DNA from: Perna viridis
Taxonomy: Eukaryota
Direction of reading: 5' to 3'
Length of the DNA stretch: 64,000 nt
Assembly (NCBI GenBank): GCA_037379345.1
Contig: CM074519.1
Location: forward strand, 12,874,742 to 12,938,741
The notes below the pieces were generated by a model. The model was not told the DNA's origin. It saw only the letters and a list, made by a program, of their open reading frames with translations, and searched no databases. Below are positions 1 through 13,871 of the stretch, piece by piece. Positions within the stretch are counted from its first letter, which is position 1. Each line of letters begins with the position of its first letter. Position numbers and translations under genes: made by a program.

Positions 1-1090
1 AAATTTAAATATACACATTATATACAATGTCTCCGATGTGTATCTGGTCATCAAATGGACTGCAATCAATTGTAACTCAATACAGGATTGCTATGATAAA
101 TATCTATTTAATGATTTTCATATTACCTTTGTCAATCATTACCTACATATTAATCATCCCAACCACTGTTTTATTGTGACAATGGCCATAATTCAACAAT
201 GGACTAATGAATTTTGGAGGTCAGGGACCCATGAACTCAAGCTTTTGAGAACATATTGTCCATATTATCAGCAGAGATCTATGAGATTAACTTCATCATA
301 CTGGGTGAATTTAACACCAAGGTCAGTGATTCTCCGTATACAATTAACAACTCGAATATAAAATGTCACAGCTACGTGGGTGTAACACTTATATTTCACC
401 AAGAAAAAATCCAACTGACACAGTATTTCACTGACAGATATGTATTTAAAACTATGACTTGAGTGTTAGAGAAACAAATGTCCCTGGGTGTGCTGTAATA
501 TCTCAATACAGAATTATATTAAGCATATCAAAGAAATTTGGGATTTCAGATTTTGTTGAAATAAAAATATGGTTTAGTTCCGAACTCTTTAGACCTCCCA
601 AATGCATGGTATGATTACCCAAATAACAAATAATCTCCAGATGTCAAGACTTTAAATCGAACCCAGTTTAAATTAGTCAATAAATAACCTACCGAAGTCA
701 TGAACAGTTTGGGCTAAAACCAACGAAAGCCATCCCAACCTTTGTTATTCTACACAAAACTTTATAGTAAAATTGCATAGAGATCCATACACTTACACTC
801 AAATTATTGTAGTTCCTAAACCAATAGGGTTATAACTCCCAAAATTATTCCCAACCTTCTGTTTGTGATATGATCATTTTTTGTCCCTTTTTGGACCTTA
901 CGTCATTAAGGTTGTTACTGTGTGGAACCTACTTCAACAATTTCAGAGATGAATACACTTATGCTCAAGTTATTGTCCAAACACCTGAGGACAACAGTGA
1001 CATTGCTATACTGTTACCTGACTGCAATTTTTTTAAGTTCTGATAAAAGCATATTTGAAATCAGAAATGTGTAACTGCATCATTTCTTAC

Positions 1091-1201
1091 TTTTTTCCTG
1101 GCTTCGTCAAACAGAGACATAAGACTTTCCCTGGCAGTCAGAAAAGGGTTACTAGCTGCCAAACTTCTCATGTAATAATAAACAGCATCTAATTTTCTTC
1201 T
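1091..1201 (-). CDS. SMG6: SMG6 coding exon 8; gene continues beyond the window start
   Basis: Boundaries tgtag|AGA...AAA|gtaag. Encodes RRKLDAVYYYMRSLAASNPFLTARESLMSLFDEARKK, closely matching SMG6 as I recall it. Confidence 0.95.
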
Positions 1202-2733
1202 CTACAATGAAAAGGAATGTTCCAATCAAAAACTGTTTTGTTACAAAGACAATGAAAAATGACAATTTTAAAATCTAGACCTTCATACACTAGTAAAACA
1301 CATTCAACAATTTAAATTCACAAATTCATTTACTTCATCTTGCTATCTAATCTGAAAGGATGCAATAGTTTGTACAGTCTATTTGTTTACATCATACCAC
1401 ACAGTCTTCCTGTTTACACTTTTTATATTGATTGATAACTTTCAATTACTTAAATAAATGTACATGTATTACACTTCTGTAGTTCAACTGTAATGAAGTA
1501 TCACTTGTATTGAAGTTCGATTTCTTTTTGTACTGGTGAAGTTTTCTTGCTATTATCAGTCTACATGAATTGTTTAACTTAAGTTTGACATCTGTATAGA
1601 TCCATTTTGAGTGGGAACATCAGTGACACCTTGGGGACATACATGTACACCCTTCTGAAGAAATGAGTATTGATATGCATTTTACTTCTTTTGAAATCTT
1701 TTAATGAATTTTTTGGCCCTGTGTTTACCGTTATCTCTGTAAGTAATTACTATTTTCATAAAGGTTATACAGTGGTGTATTTGATGTGTTTCACCATATC
1801 TGTTCCGTTTTCTGTAATATGCTATAAATGACAAAATTATTTTTGTCAAATATTTACTTTCCATTTATACATGTAAATCATCAATTTAATTCATTGTCAC
1901 AGCTAGCCTAAATTATAGAGACAGTGAAATATGTATTGGCCATCATGGGTCAATATCATTCTAATAGGTCAATATTAAGCAAATCGACCTCATCTAATGT
2001 CAATACATATAGATATTCAAACTTTTGAAAAACAACAAAACAAATTCAGAGTTCCATGGCGAAATTGTTTAATACACTGAAGTGTTGTTTTTGGTATTGT
2101 TTTGGTTCTACTGGAGATTCCTTCCTATCGATCTGTTTTACAATCAATAACAAATACAAGACTTGGTTTAACGCACACATGTCTTGTTTTTTTTTTATGT
2201 TTCAGAGGAATTACAAAAAAAAATTAATTCACAATTGTCCCCAATATTTTAAAATCTGTGATTAAGCTCCAAGTCTTTATTTTATGGTTGGATATTGCAA
2301 GTGATTTTGTTATTTTTTTTTCCTTAAACTGACCCTTACTTTTGTGTTTTGTGAAATATGTGTCTTTTACTTAAAATTGGAAAACTTTGAGATGTGTATT
2401 GATAATACCTTGACTTGCTTATTGGATAACTTTTGGCTTTAGGAACTAATTCTTTACTAAGCAGGAAAATTTTACATCTTTCAGGAATTTTGTTTTACAA
2501 ACTAGGAAACATCCTTATTTCAGCAAAAATTAAAGGCAAAACAATATCACTGATTGCTGTTTACAAACTTACAAAAAGAAATATAAAACATCAACCACAA
2601 AGCAGATACATAATTTACATACTATCAGTATATAACAGAAGAGAAAGAAATCACAGAACAAAACAAAACAGTAGTGATTTTGAAGTAGACAATATTACCT
2701 ATCAAACAAAACAGATAATTCTTTTTCACTTAC

Positions 2734-2812
2734 GGTATATAACGCCAATATAGCTAACTGGTTATATGGTCTACCATTCTTTGGTGCCAATGTCTGGGCT
2801 TTAGTGTACCAA
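2734..2812 (-). CDS. SMG6: SMG6 coding exon 7
   Basis: Boundaries tttag|T...ACC|gtaagt. Encodes WYTKAQTLAPKNGRPYNQLAILALYT, containing the conserved PxNGxPYNQLA motif of SMG5/6/7. Confidence 0.95.
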
Positions 2813-3246
2813 CTAAAATACAGCAAACTTATTAAGAAGGTGTCCATGCAAATATCAGGCAATAACTCATCTATATCATATCAAAAATACATCCTTTCTC
2901 AAAGTCGAATGTTAGTTTTTGATTAACTGCAACGTTTAAAGAAAATACATGTAAATTACATTGAAAGCATTTAAATTTATTGAAAAAGGGAGATACATGT
3001 AGCTATATCATTTTGTGCAAAGTTTGGTTGCTTCCTTAGGGAACTTTAAAATAATTTTCTGAGCCTTCCATTGTTGATTAAAAAAAATGTACTATTGGAC
3101 ATACATATGATATAAACATTACATTGGAACAAAAAATTCTGTGAAATAAAATTTACCATGTGCCATATATATAGTATATTACAGGAATTGTCTTGTTTCT
3201 AAATGGACAGTCTCTTAGAAACAACAAAATTAAAAATATCATTCAT

Positions 3247-3807
3247 ACTATACTCGGCGTCACATAAATAACATACTGTTAAAATTTGAATAAAAATATT
3301 TTCTGCGACTTTATTGACACCTACCGTCGTTTAAATTGTCTTAAATGACTTGCTCATTCGTTTAGCCAAACGGCTTCTCCCTAAAGATTGAATCGTTAAA
3401 TTCCGGTCAGATTTTAATTCTCGGTGCCAATATTTACATTGTAAAAAGTCGGCCATATTTACAGTGATCGGGTTGCTAGGAGATGTTGGTTTACGTTTAA
3501 ATGGTTTGTCCAAAAACCGAAGAACCCAAAATGCATTTCGGCGTTATTTCGGATATCTTGGATTTATTTTATGCGAACAACGTACAATACCGAGAAGTTG
3601 ATCAAGCAGACGATTGTCACCGGAGTTCGACGGGAACTTACGAACTTCGTTTGTAAACAAGTCGTCCCGTAAAAACCAACATGGCGGATATTAGTATGGG
3701 ATTTTCCCGTAAGGATTTGTTACGCATGATTTAAGCTAATAAGCGACTTGTTTAGGGAGAAGCTGTTTGGCTAAACGAATGAGCAAGTCATGTAAGACAA
3801 TTTAAAC
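3247..3807. mobile_element. Truncated, rearranged copy of the same MITE family in an SMG6 intron
   Basis: 3247 to ~3745 is collinear and highly similar to 12831 to ~13330. The right end is replaced by an inverted copy (3751-3807) of 3329-3385. Confidence 0.8.
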
Positions 3808-3961
3808 TTTACAACTTTGTCATCATGCAATAAAAGGCTTCGATGAGCAAAACTACATGTAGGTACATATGTCCTACCTGAAACAGTTCAGGTAAGTGTA
3901 GACTCTATATTTATCTTGACTAGAAAATAACATTAAAGTAGAAGTTGGTAACAATACATAC

Positions 3962-4185
3962 TTTCTTGCTCTGCCATAGTTAATTTTTCCCGAGTCATTC
4001 ATCTGTTCCCTGTATCTAGCTATATCTCCCAGACAGATCATATTTCTCTGAGTACTTAGTATTGCAAGCTTCACAAAGCGATGGATATTTTCTGGAGGTA
4101 GACTACTGGTGTCAAGAAAGTCATCTAATTTGTAGCAATATTTTTGTTGAAGTTTCTGGATCAATTTCTCATAAAAGGCTGTACC
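3962..4185 (-). CDS. SMG6: SMG6 coding exon 6 (EST1 domain)
   Basis: Encodes GTAFYEKLIQKLQ...MICLGDIARYREQMNDSGKINYGRAR. LGDIARYREQ is characteristic of SMG6. Confidence 0.93.
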
Positions 4186-4425
4186 CTACAAAGAATGTTT
4201 AGAAATGTAAATAACTGCAATGTAAAGCATTGGTTTGTGTCTTACCACTTCTGCTTTATCATAGAATATTGTTCCATACAATGTGCAGCAAGAGACCTCA
4301 AGTTGAAACTGCAATCTAAATATCAAATAGTGTGTAAAAAGAATAAAAGTTTCAGTCAAACCAATCAAACCAGTGGAAAGCACAAAAATAGAAATCATAA
4401 AAAATATTTTTAAATATTAAAATAC

Positions 4426-4603
4426 CTCATCTAATATTTGAGTCAGCCTGGGTTTGGCATCTTCTTCTTCATTCATGTGTTTCCTGAAGACTTCTATTAC
4501 TTGATAGAACACAGCCTTCCACAGAAGTTGATCAACATTATGCCTTGTGGACAGATCAATATCCCATAGGATGAGGTATTCATATTTCTTCAGCAATTCT
4601 TGT
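4426..4603 (-). CDS. SMG6: SMG6 coding exon 5 (EST1 domain)
   Basis: Encodes QELLKKYEYLILWDIDLSTRHNVDQLLWKAVFYQVIEVFRK, which matches the SMG6 NVDQxLWKxxFYQVIE motif. AG/GT boundaries, phase 2/0. Absent from the ORF track. Confidence 0.92.
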
Positions 4604-5239
4604 CTAAGACAAATAATGCAATAACAAACATAACTAAATAGTACAAAAAATTTAATTATAATAATACAATACCTGTAATGAAAAAAAATACAGTGAGTAA
4701 TATAATTTACTTCAAAGAATGAAATTAGTCTTCCCTTGATTAAATGACAATCACCTGATAAACTTCCTTAAGGAGATAACTGCGCAATTAACAGATTTAA
4801 ACTTTCCATCAAACTTAAATTGAAATACCTAAGAAGTGATAGAAAGTTTAAATCTCCTTGTTCATAGTTCAGTTTACTACCAACAACATTTCATCAGGTA
4901 AAGGATATTAAATCAAGGGGAGACCAACTCTATTCCCTGAAGTAATAACACAAATTATTGATCAACAATTCTAGGCAATAGCCAAAAGGAATCGCCAAAA
5001 AGGAAAGTCTGTATAACTAATCGCAATGTCAAGGTAAAGGAAGTTTGAAATCACCACAAATGTTCTGACTAGATACAGGCATTTCTAATGGAACTGGTGG
5101 GTTAAACCAGGTTTAGTAGCATGCAAAAGAGTAACAATATAAAAATGAAATGTGGGGAAAATGTGCTTTCTTCATAAAGTGCTAGTTTTTTTTATTCAAA
5201 AACAAAAGTCATATAAGTCCTTTAAAATACATGTAATAC

Positions 5240-5362
5240 CTTTTTGAGTCTAATAAAGACATACTTTCTCCATTAAGTCGTCTGGCTACCAGCTTTCCAA
5301 GTTCATTATCTAAAGCAAGACATTCATTCAACATCTTACCAAACATGTCTTCTCTTTGTTTT
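5240..5362 (-). CDS. SMG6: SMG6 coding exon 4 (start of EST1/TPR-like domain)
   Basis: Boundaries ttcag|A...AG|gtatta, phase 2/2. Encodes KQREDMFGKMLNECLALDNELGKLVARRLNGESMSLLDSK. Confidence 0.8.
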
Positions 5363-6638
5363 CTGAAGATACAACAATAAACATACTTCATTGTATATAT
5401 CAAGCATACATGTATCCTGGGAATCTTAAGTTCATACAAGCTAAACATTGTCTTCTTTCAAAATGTGATACAAATGTATATGACTGTTAGAATTTAATCA
5501 AATAAATATAACCTCTATATCATGTTGAAATATGTTTCTTCCCATATGCACAATTATAACTTCTTAGTCTCCTGAACTGTTATCTTACATTTACATCAAT
5601 TACATGTAGGAAAATATATTTGAAAATCTAATTTTGTGATTTTGTGACCCAATGTCTAAAATTTTAATCCATGGAGTATATAGGAATCACCTTGTCATTC
5701 CAATCTCATCTTTGTCCCTTGTAAGCACTATTTGATTTTTTTCATCGTTTTTAAATTTCAATAGTGTCTAAATTTAAATTTATTCATCGATACCTCTTTA
5801 TTTTTTTAAGGGACTCAGACCTTTTTGAACTAATTTTTAGATGCATTTAATTGTGTAATATTTTTTCCACAGTGGTCACATTTAAAAGAGGGATGGTTAT
5901 AATCATGCCAAAGTACTTTAACATTTTTTGCGCCTGTCCCAAAGAAGGAATTTCTGGCCTCTATATGTATTGCTTTGTTTTCACTTACAGTTTACTTTTA
6001 TGCTGTTGGAGTATATATCGGTAGGGCCAACTATTTTGCTGTACCTATGTATAATGTTGTTTTGGGACCAGCTGCAGCCTGCCTTGGGATGTGAGGGTTA
6101 TATTATTGTTCATTGAAGACACATTGGTGGCCTTGAGGTTGTTGTCTTTTTGACATATTCACCATATCCATTCTCATTATATGTATCAAATCTTATTTCC
6201 TTTTGTGATATTCAACATTAAAGTACACATGTACAACATGGAGACTTGCAGACTTTTACTCAAGTCAAAAGAAAAGAAGTTCTAGTCAACTTTTGACCCC
6301 TTAAATCCATTCAAATAGGGTCATAACCCTCATAACTAATCCTAGTTGCACTATTGAGGTATGGAACCTTGTTGTACAATGTACATGAACAATTTCATGG
6401 AAGTACATTCACTTTTACACAAGTAACTGAGCCGAAGTCATATCTAAAAAAAAAATTTTGTGGACGTATAATAAAAGAAAATAGAGTTACAAATATTTCT
6501 CCTTAAATTAAAATGTACCACCACTTAAGATTTTTCACAGCTTATTTTTTTCCATCCATGTATTTTTTTACCAGAAACAAAATATAAATGTATATGGTAA
6601 TACTTAGATAATAACAGATTATTATCTATATTACATAC

Positions 6639-9130
6639 CCTCTAACCATCTCAAGATAGCCAGGTGGTGGTGGATACCCTCCATAAAAAAACCCATGAGG
6701 GGGTATCATCTGAGGTTGAGGTGGTGGAGGTCCCTGGTACATCCCCTGGTCTGGAAACTGTGGGGGGCCGTAAAACTGTCCATACCCCTGGAAAGGTGGA
6801 GTATGTGGATGAGCAGGCGGTGACGGTGAATCAATTCCTTGATCAAAGAATTTTAAGTTAGAAGAACCTTGGACTACAATAGGTTTGTTAGGATTCTTTG
6901 GATCAAATAACTGCTTCTGTCCAGTTAATGGTCGTGTGTTTCCCACAGCTTCTTTAGGTTTTGGTGAATGTGCCTTTTCTTTTTGAATTTTTTCCTCTAT
7001 GTGATCCTCAGAGGTATGGACATTTGGAGGCAGCTTTATTAAACCTCCTCCATGTGTCTTATCATTCTTCACATTTTTTTCATCTCTTTCCTTCTCACTA
7101 TTATTTCTGCTACGATTCCCATACTTATCACTAGATCCATGAACTTCCTTATCATAAGGTCTATCTCTTTTCCATTCATCTGAATCTTTACCTCGCTTGG
7201 GATCTCTGCCTTGATCTCCATGTTTATAACCATGGTGATGAATTTCTTGACGTCTGTCCTGCTTCCAGTCTTTTCTATGTTCATCAGATTCTCTTCTTAT
7301 TCTTTGACCTCTGCCCCCATCAGACTGCCTGGAACCATGGTAATGACCTACTGAATCTTGACCTTTGCGATAATCATCTCTTCCCCAATCCTCTCTACTT
7401 CTATTTCTCCCACCCCTACCTCTGCCAATATTTCTTCCTGAGTCTCTTTCAGAAGACCCTTTATTTTTGTCATCTTTTTTGGTTATGCCTTCAGGTTCCT
7501 CACTGTTACCACGACTACCAACTGTCTGTCCATCTCTGGTGTCATTCCCAGCATGTTGACGTCTTCCCCTTCCTCTTCCACGTCCAATGCTTTTACCATG
7601 AGGCAAGTTATCATTGTGGGGCATTTCAACCTGTCGTTTGTCACCACCAACTGTAACTTTGATGTTCAAACTATCTGGATCATTAAGCCTTTCTCTGCTA
7701 GTTCCTCCTTTCATACTTGAATTACTATTCTGCCTCCTGGGTCTCCTGTAAGACCCATACATATCATCATCACCAAGATTACTTCTAACACTATGTACAC
7801 TTGAAACACTAGAATCCCTACTCCTTCTTCCCCCTGACTCCCTTGACTGCCTTCTCCTATGATGACCTTTAGATCCATCACTCATCCTTCTTTCCCTCCT
7901 TCCACAACCACGGTAATAATCATCCATGTCCTGTCGATTGTCTTTGTTCCATCTTCTGTCCCATGATCCAGCATTGTAATTTGTATTCTGTCCATCAAGA
8001 GCTCTTCCTTGATATCTGTCTCCTGAATTTCTTTTGTTTCTTCTTGGAAAAGTACCTGCACTTTGATAATTTTTCTGTTCATTATTTTCTTTTCTATTTG
8101 AAATCTTATCCAACATATCATGAGAACCAGCCGGTTTAATATTATCCCAGCTTGGGGGCATGTCCTGTGGATCATCTGGAGATACCACTTGGGAAGCCCA
8201 ATCTCCCCAGTCAGAACTTTTGGGCTCTTTTTCCCAATCTATTCCCTCCTCCTGCTTTTCTAAATATTCTTTTAGTTTCTGTGTTTCATTATGAACCTGT
8301 TTAGCCATTTCCATTTCTACCTCTTTGTCCCAAACCAGTATTCTTTCAGTAGTTTCATCATCAATACTGAGGTCACTGCTGGTACTGACATCACTACTAA
8401 AGCTGCCAGTTCTCTGACGTCTCATGTTAGAAGAATACCTTTTAGATCCTGCTTTACCTCCACCACCCTTTGGAGGTTTCTGGGTCAAATTTTCTGCTGT
8501 CAACTTTGAGCCTTGATTATTGCGTCTCTCAAAGACCATGGTCTGTATAACATTATCATTATCAGATGCCTCTTCATCTGTTATATTATGTATATCTGGT
8601 TTGGAGCCTCTTAGATTTCCAAGTCTTCTGTTTGTTCGCTGAGGTTTTGGACTTAACGAGAACCGCTCATTCAAACTACTTGTCATTTGATTGTTTTTAT
8701 TACTACGAACATCTCTATAATCACCTTTACTCTCATGTGATCCCTGATGTTTTATCTTGTTTTTTACATTCGTATCAGATTTTGACCTTGAGGCTTGTTG
8801 GTTATGATCATGTCCAGCCACTTCTCCTGATTTTGATCTTGATACTTGTTTTGAGTCACCATCTTTAGAAACAGTTACTTTAATGTTCATAATGTCATCT
8901 GGTTTTATATCAACTCTTTTTACAGACATGAGTGATTCCTCGTCAATGTAAAGAGAGTTTTTTTCTACTTCACCAGACGACTCTGTTTCTTCATTCTCTT
9001 TTTGTTGCATTTCCAGTATCTTGCCCTTCGGAACATATCTTTGCATTTCTGGTCTTTTCCTTCTTGATTTTGAAGCATCATGTTTTTCATTAACGTGTAA
9101 TTCCTTCAGACTGAATGAAGCATCATCAAC
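6639..9130 (-). CDS. SMG6: SMG6 coding exon 3 (2492 bp), low-complexity N-terminal region with EJC-binding motif 2
   Basis: Boundaries tatag|GTT...GG|gtatgt. Contains most of the 806-aa ORF plus an upstream in-frame extension with RRKRPEMQRYVPK. R/G/S/D-rich; includes GGLIKLP and QLFDPKNPNKP motifs similar to SMG6. Confidence 0.9.
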
Positions 9131-10114
9131 CTATAATGAAGCTACATTTATAACAATGCTTCATAATCATATATTTCCACAATAAAGAACTTGAAACAGC
9201 AGATATCTTTATGCTGTATTTCTAAGGCAATAATTCTTTAATGAAGACTGTTGTGTTATTGCTAGTAGTATGTTATCAACAAAATCAAAACAGTTTCTGA
9301 AGAAGTTATCTAAGGATGCTTGTAACCAAATTTTTGAAGTGAAAAAAAAAAAAAAATTAACTTTACTTTTCAGTTTTCAAGTCATGTAATTTTTTTTAGA
9401 AACTTAGACATGTGCAAAGTACTTAATCCTGTGGAAAAAAATTAATAAGGGAGATTTCATATATCAAAATGAAACTGAACCAAACTCCATTTGTTACAAG
9501 TCCATATTAACAATAAGCTGTATGTTGTACATTTGTATTTTCAATCAAAGCATCATCTAAAATTAATCTTACAATCACTGTCATGTACAATGTATATGAA
9601 GAGCACTATTTTTCTAGAATGTGAGAGCACTCTAAAAAGTCATCTTTTTGACGAACTTATGACCGATTATTAATGAAATGAAAAACCAATGACCAGTGAC
9701 CCAGACATCTGATTCTGTGATTGTGGTTTTGTTATGTAAAATAATGGATGATAGGTTCATGTGAATTTCAGAACTTGAAAATACAAATATAATGCTTTTG
9801 TAAATTTACTTTTGAGTTTTAAATATAAAATTGTGGCTTTGTATCTCATTACAAAAAGCAATACATGTGAAAAACAGAAATGCAAAATAAAAATATTTCA
9901 TAAAAAATATGTACTGATCAGCAGTCAATTTCCGTAAGACACTTTTACAAATCAGTTTGACGGATCGATGACTGATCAGACAATTGATAAATTATAGGTG
10001 TTGGATTGCTATTTTAGTTGCATGGATTAATTCAGGTACTGTACCATTCCATTTCTTGTTGTAGTAACATAATGATGACATGTCTTGTCAAATGCATTAT
10101 AAAATAACATGTAC

Positions 10115-10299
10115 CTCTCTTTCAACACTATTTTCCTTGCTGTTTTCTGTGCTATTTTCCTCTATTTCTTCCTCCCAGTTCTCCCCTTGCTGCCCTCTAA
10201 CATCATCAGCTGTCTCATCTGTTGATGAATGTCTTTGTTTCTGTAAATTAGGAGGCCTATATATCCCTATCTCTGGTCTTTTGAACTTTCTTTGTTTAT
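10115..10299 (-). CDS. SMG6: SMG6 coding exon 2, with EJC-binding motif 1
   Basis: Boundaries tacag|AT...GAG|gtacat. Encodes DKQRKFKRPEIGIYRPP, matching the SMG6/UPF3 EJC-binding motif pattern (RPxxxxYxP). Phases 1 and 0 fit the neighbouring exons. Confidence 0.85.
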
Positions 10300-10926
10300 C
10301 TGTATTATAAAACAAGATAATTTTTTGCCGTGAAGCAGAGTTTGATTTTGTAAGAAGGTACATATGTTTGATGTGACAATGAAAATGACCACCTCGTTTG
10401 ACAAGTCCTTTTATTTCTGAGGCATACAAGGTCATCAAACCTGCTAACAATTCAAGATAGTTTCACAAGTACATGTCCATAAGAAAACATCATTTATGTT
10501 GTGGTTTGCTTAGGCAGCAAAATCGTTTACATGGACATGAAAGTAACAGTCCTGCTGGAAACTTGTTCAGGTGAATAAAAGCAACAGTTCATTAAACAAC
10601 TTTTTTTAGTAACTGCCCATTCCTCTGGTACAAATGTTACAACTTGCATTATTTAGTTGTTCTATTATGATCAATAAAGGTCAACTTGTCCGTGTAGTCC
10701 AGGTGGACAGTGGTCTGTCTCCACAATATGTACTTTTCCCCCCTGACAATGACCATAAGGTGAAAATTTTGGGCCTCGTGTTTTATTACATGTACATTGT
10801 AAGTTTCACGTGTATTTCATTTGAGATTAGTTCCCATTTACCTTTTACATGTAATTGTGCCAACTGTTTGCTTCATTATTATAATATTCTTATTTATGCT
10901 GAACTAAGCCACTTCACAACTTAACA

Positions 10927-11141
10927 GAAAAGCAGAGGACGCTTACCCTACCAGTGCACCTGGTCCATGCTCCCAGTTTTTAGTGGAGTCCTAGTTGCTC
11001 ATTTGCTTTTGAGACTTTGTATGTATGATTTTAGTTACTTTATGTTCTTCGTTGTGTATGTCTGTTTTCCATGTCAGGTCTTTGTCCCTGGATTACATTC
11101 TTTTGATTACCGCTATAACCTTGGTTTTCTTGATTACTCTT
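10927..11141 (+). mobile_element. Short 3'-end copy of the same Penelope-like family in SMG6 intron 1
   Basis: Highly similar to ~16847-17058 (GAAAAGCAGAGGACG...TTACCGCTATAACCTTGG). Confidence 0.8.
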
Positions 11142-12830
11142 GTAAAAAGTAAACATCTCTGTATGTGTAACATCAGACTGTACAGGAAAATTGTTTTACA
11201 TGTTCATTATCTGTGTACTTTAACCCCTTCCCCAGTATAAAATAATTGTTGAAAGGGATAAGCTAGACTTTGAGCCCTGTCAATCTTGTTGTTTTAACTC
11301 TTTGGCAGCAACATTAAGTGCTCAAATCTACACTCAAACATCTTATTTATTTCATTACATGGAAAACAAATACTGAATAACACAGAGTGCATTTCCAAAT
11401 GATTACATTGTATTTGTATAGATCTGGGATATGAAGCATCAATGGACACATACATGTACATGTATGTGTTCCTTTTTTGTTATGAACAACCACATACACA
11501 GGCATTGTACAAAATTATGACTCACCTGATCATTGCTTAATAATTTTCATAATGTTTTGGCAAAACTATAATGATGTTTTAAATTTCATTGCAAACTCAG
11601 CCCACATGTAACTGTTAGTTAAGTTAAAATAGACAATAGTTCAATCAATCTTAATGAAAAAAGGTCAGGGTACTCACTCCTCCCAAAAAATCGCAAGTCC
11701 AAGGACTCCCTTGTCACAAAAATGACAAGTCCTGTAAGGAATTCAGAGGATCACAAGAAAAGTGAATGGTCTTATGTTGTAAGTTTGTACTGCTAATGGT
11801 AGTGGACAGATTTTTTTAGCATCTTTGCAACATGTACAGATAACATGTGTTTGTTCACCTTCTTCCACTTTCCCCAACCACAGAAACGTTTTCAGACATT
11901 ATACACAGAATATTCTAATTTTCTTTTGTGTGCAGGCTGTACAAGAACTAAATTCTTCCTCTGCGTTGTCCAAACGAGGACCAGGCGGCGATCTTGTTAA
12001 ATCATCTTCAGCCGGTCATTTTCGACCACCGAAAAAAGCTTCGAGTATACTCGAAACATTTCTGATTTTAAGTATGTTTAAAATTAAAGTTATATATACC
12101 CTCATTTTAATGATTAGTCGTGTTAAACAATTTTGATCTTTAATGGATGCCAACCAATATTTACTTCAGTATACATAAAAACAAACCCTTTGACAAACCT
12201 AGCACATATATAGTTATCTCCAATATGTGTCTGGTCATAAAATGGATTTCAATTCATTTTAACGCAATACTGGACAGTTAGGAAGTATTAATCAACGCTA
12301 AATAATTATTTTACGATTCCTTTTTCTCAAGTTCTATTTGCCAATCGTTAATACCACACGCTAATTGTCTGAGCCGCTTTTTGGGGGGGGGGCCATCGAC
12401 TTGCATTAAAGTTGGACAAATTAAAAATCAAACCGACTTCATGTTGAGTAATCATATTGCTACTGTTGATTTAGGCAATTGGATTGAGAATTTTCACAAG
12501 TCCCCTGGACTCCCCTGTTGCAATTTTCAAGGGTCCCCAATGAATTTTGAGAGTCAGGGACCTGGAAGCTTGGGTCCCCAGAGAACCCTAGGGTGTTACA
12601 ACATCAGCAGGCAAACTTGTTTAAAACCACTACAAATTTCAAAACTGGAGCATCACTTGTGCTTGATAATAAAATAAACCTTGAAGGTATATTGTATTTG
12701 TAGTAACATTAGGAAAGTTTACATAGTTTTATGATATACATTGGAACATGACAAAAAGAAAACATTAACATACAAAGACAATTACACTTTTATTTAAGAA
12801 CAATACAAAACAAAGTATTTATTATGGAGC

Positions 12831-13475
12831 ACTATACTCGGGGTCACATAAATAAGATACTGTTAAAATTTGAATAAACATATTGTCTACGACTTTATTG
12901 ACACCTACCGTCGTTTAAATTGTCTTAAATGGCTTGCTCATACATTTAGCCAAACGGCTTCTCCCTAAACATTGAATCGTTAAATTCCGGTGAGATTTTA
13001 ATTCTCAGTCCCAATATTTACATTATCAAAAGTTGGCCATGTTTACAGTGATCGGCTTGCTAAGAGATGTTGTTTACGTTTAAATGGTTTGTCCAAAAAC
13101 CGAAGAACCCAGAATGCATTTCGGCGCTAATTTGGATATCTCAGATTTATTCTACGCAAACATCATACAACACCGAGAAGTTGATCAAGCAGACGATTGT
13201 CACCGGAGTTCGACGGGAACTTACGAACTTCCTTTGTAAACAAATCTTCCCGTAGAAACCAACATGGCGGATATTAGTATAGGATTTTCCTGTAAGGATT
13301 TGTTACGCACGATTTCAGCCAATGAACGACTCTTTGCCTTTGGAACTATCACGTCATGCATATGTGCGAACTTTCTTCAGATTAAATAAAAGAGAGACAA
13401 CTCTAGCCGTAAGTCCCGACAGTTTAAAAAATAGAGTTTCAAATCGAAAATGTGCTATGTGACTTCGAGTATAGT
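12831..13475. mobile_element. MITE-like non-autonomous DNA transposon (intact copy) in SMG6 intron 1
   Basis: 20-bp terminal inverted repeats (ACTATACTCGGGGTCACATA / TATGTGACTTCGAGTATAGT, 2 mismatches). No transposase. A second copy lies at 3247. Confidence 0.8.
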
Positions 13476-13756
13476 CATAACAAGCACTGGTCAGGCCCAG
13501 GGTAGTAAAAAAAATCATTACAATCTACTGATTATTTCAGATGAAATATACAAGATATAATCAGTAAAGAGTGGAAGACTTTCACATGCTTTTTTTGTCA
13601 TGAAAGAGACAATTTTGGCTCAAATTTTAATGAATAGACATAAATGTTATTGTTTGTACTTTCATTTTCATGCTATCTTTACAAAGCCATCTCGTAAATT
13701 CAACATAATAAGCCTTATTTCTCCATACACGGTAGTTCAATGTATACAGTTTATAC

Positions 13757-13871
13757 CATTGCTCTTCGAGCTTTCCTTCTGGTGGTGAACGGACTTAAGT
13801 TTTGTCCTATAATCCACAATGTGTTCCAATTCTTCGTATGTGATTTTAACGGTTTTCAATTTGGCAGCCAT
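13757..13871 (-). CDS. SMG6: SMG6/EST1A coding exon 1 (start codon)
   Basis: Translates MAAKLKTVKITYEELEHIVDYRTKLKSVHHQKESSKSN, resembling the vertebrate SMG6 N-terminus (MAEGLERVRISASELRGIL, from memory). Ends G|GTATAA in phase 1, matching the phase-1 acceptor of the next exon. Confidence 0.75.

Noticed and set aside
11665-12600. Possible further MITEs in SMG6 intron 1 (CTCCCAAAAAA / TTTTTTGGGGG; GTCCCTG / CAGGGAC)
   Set aside because: The inverted matches are short and low-complexity, and no boundaries or TSD could be defined.
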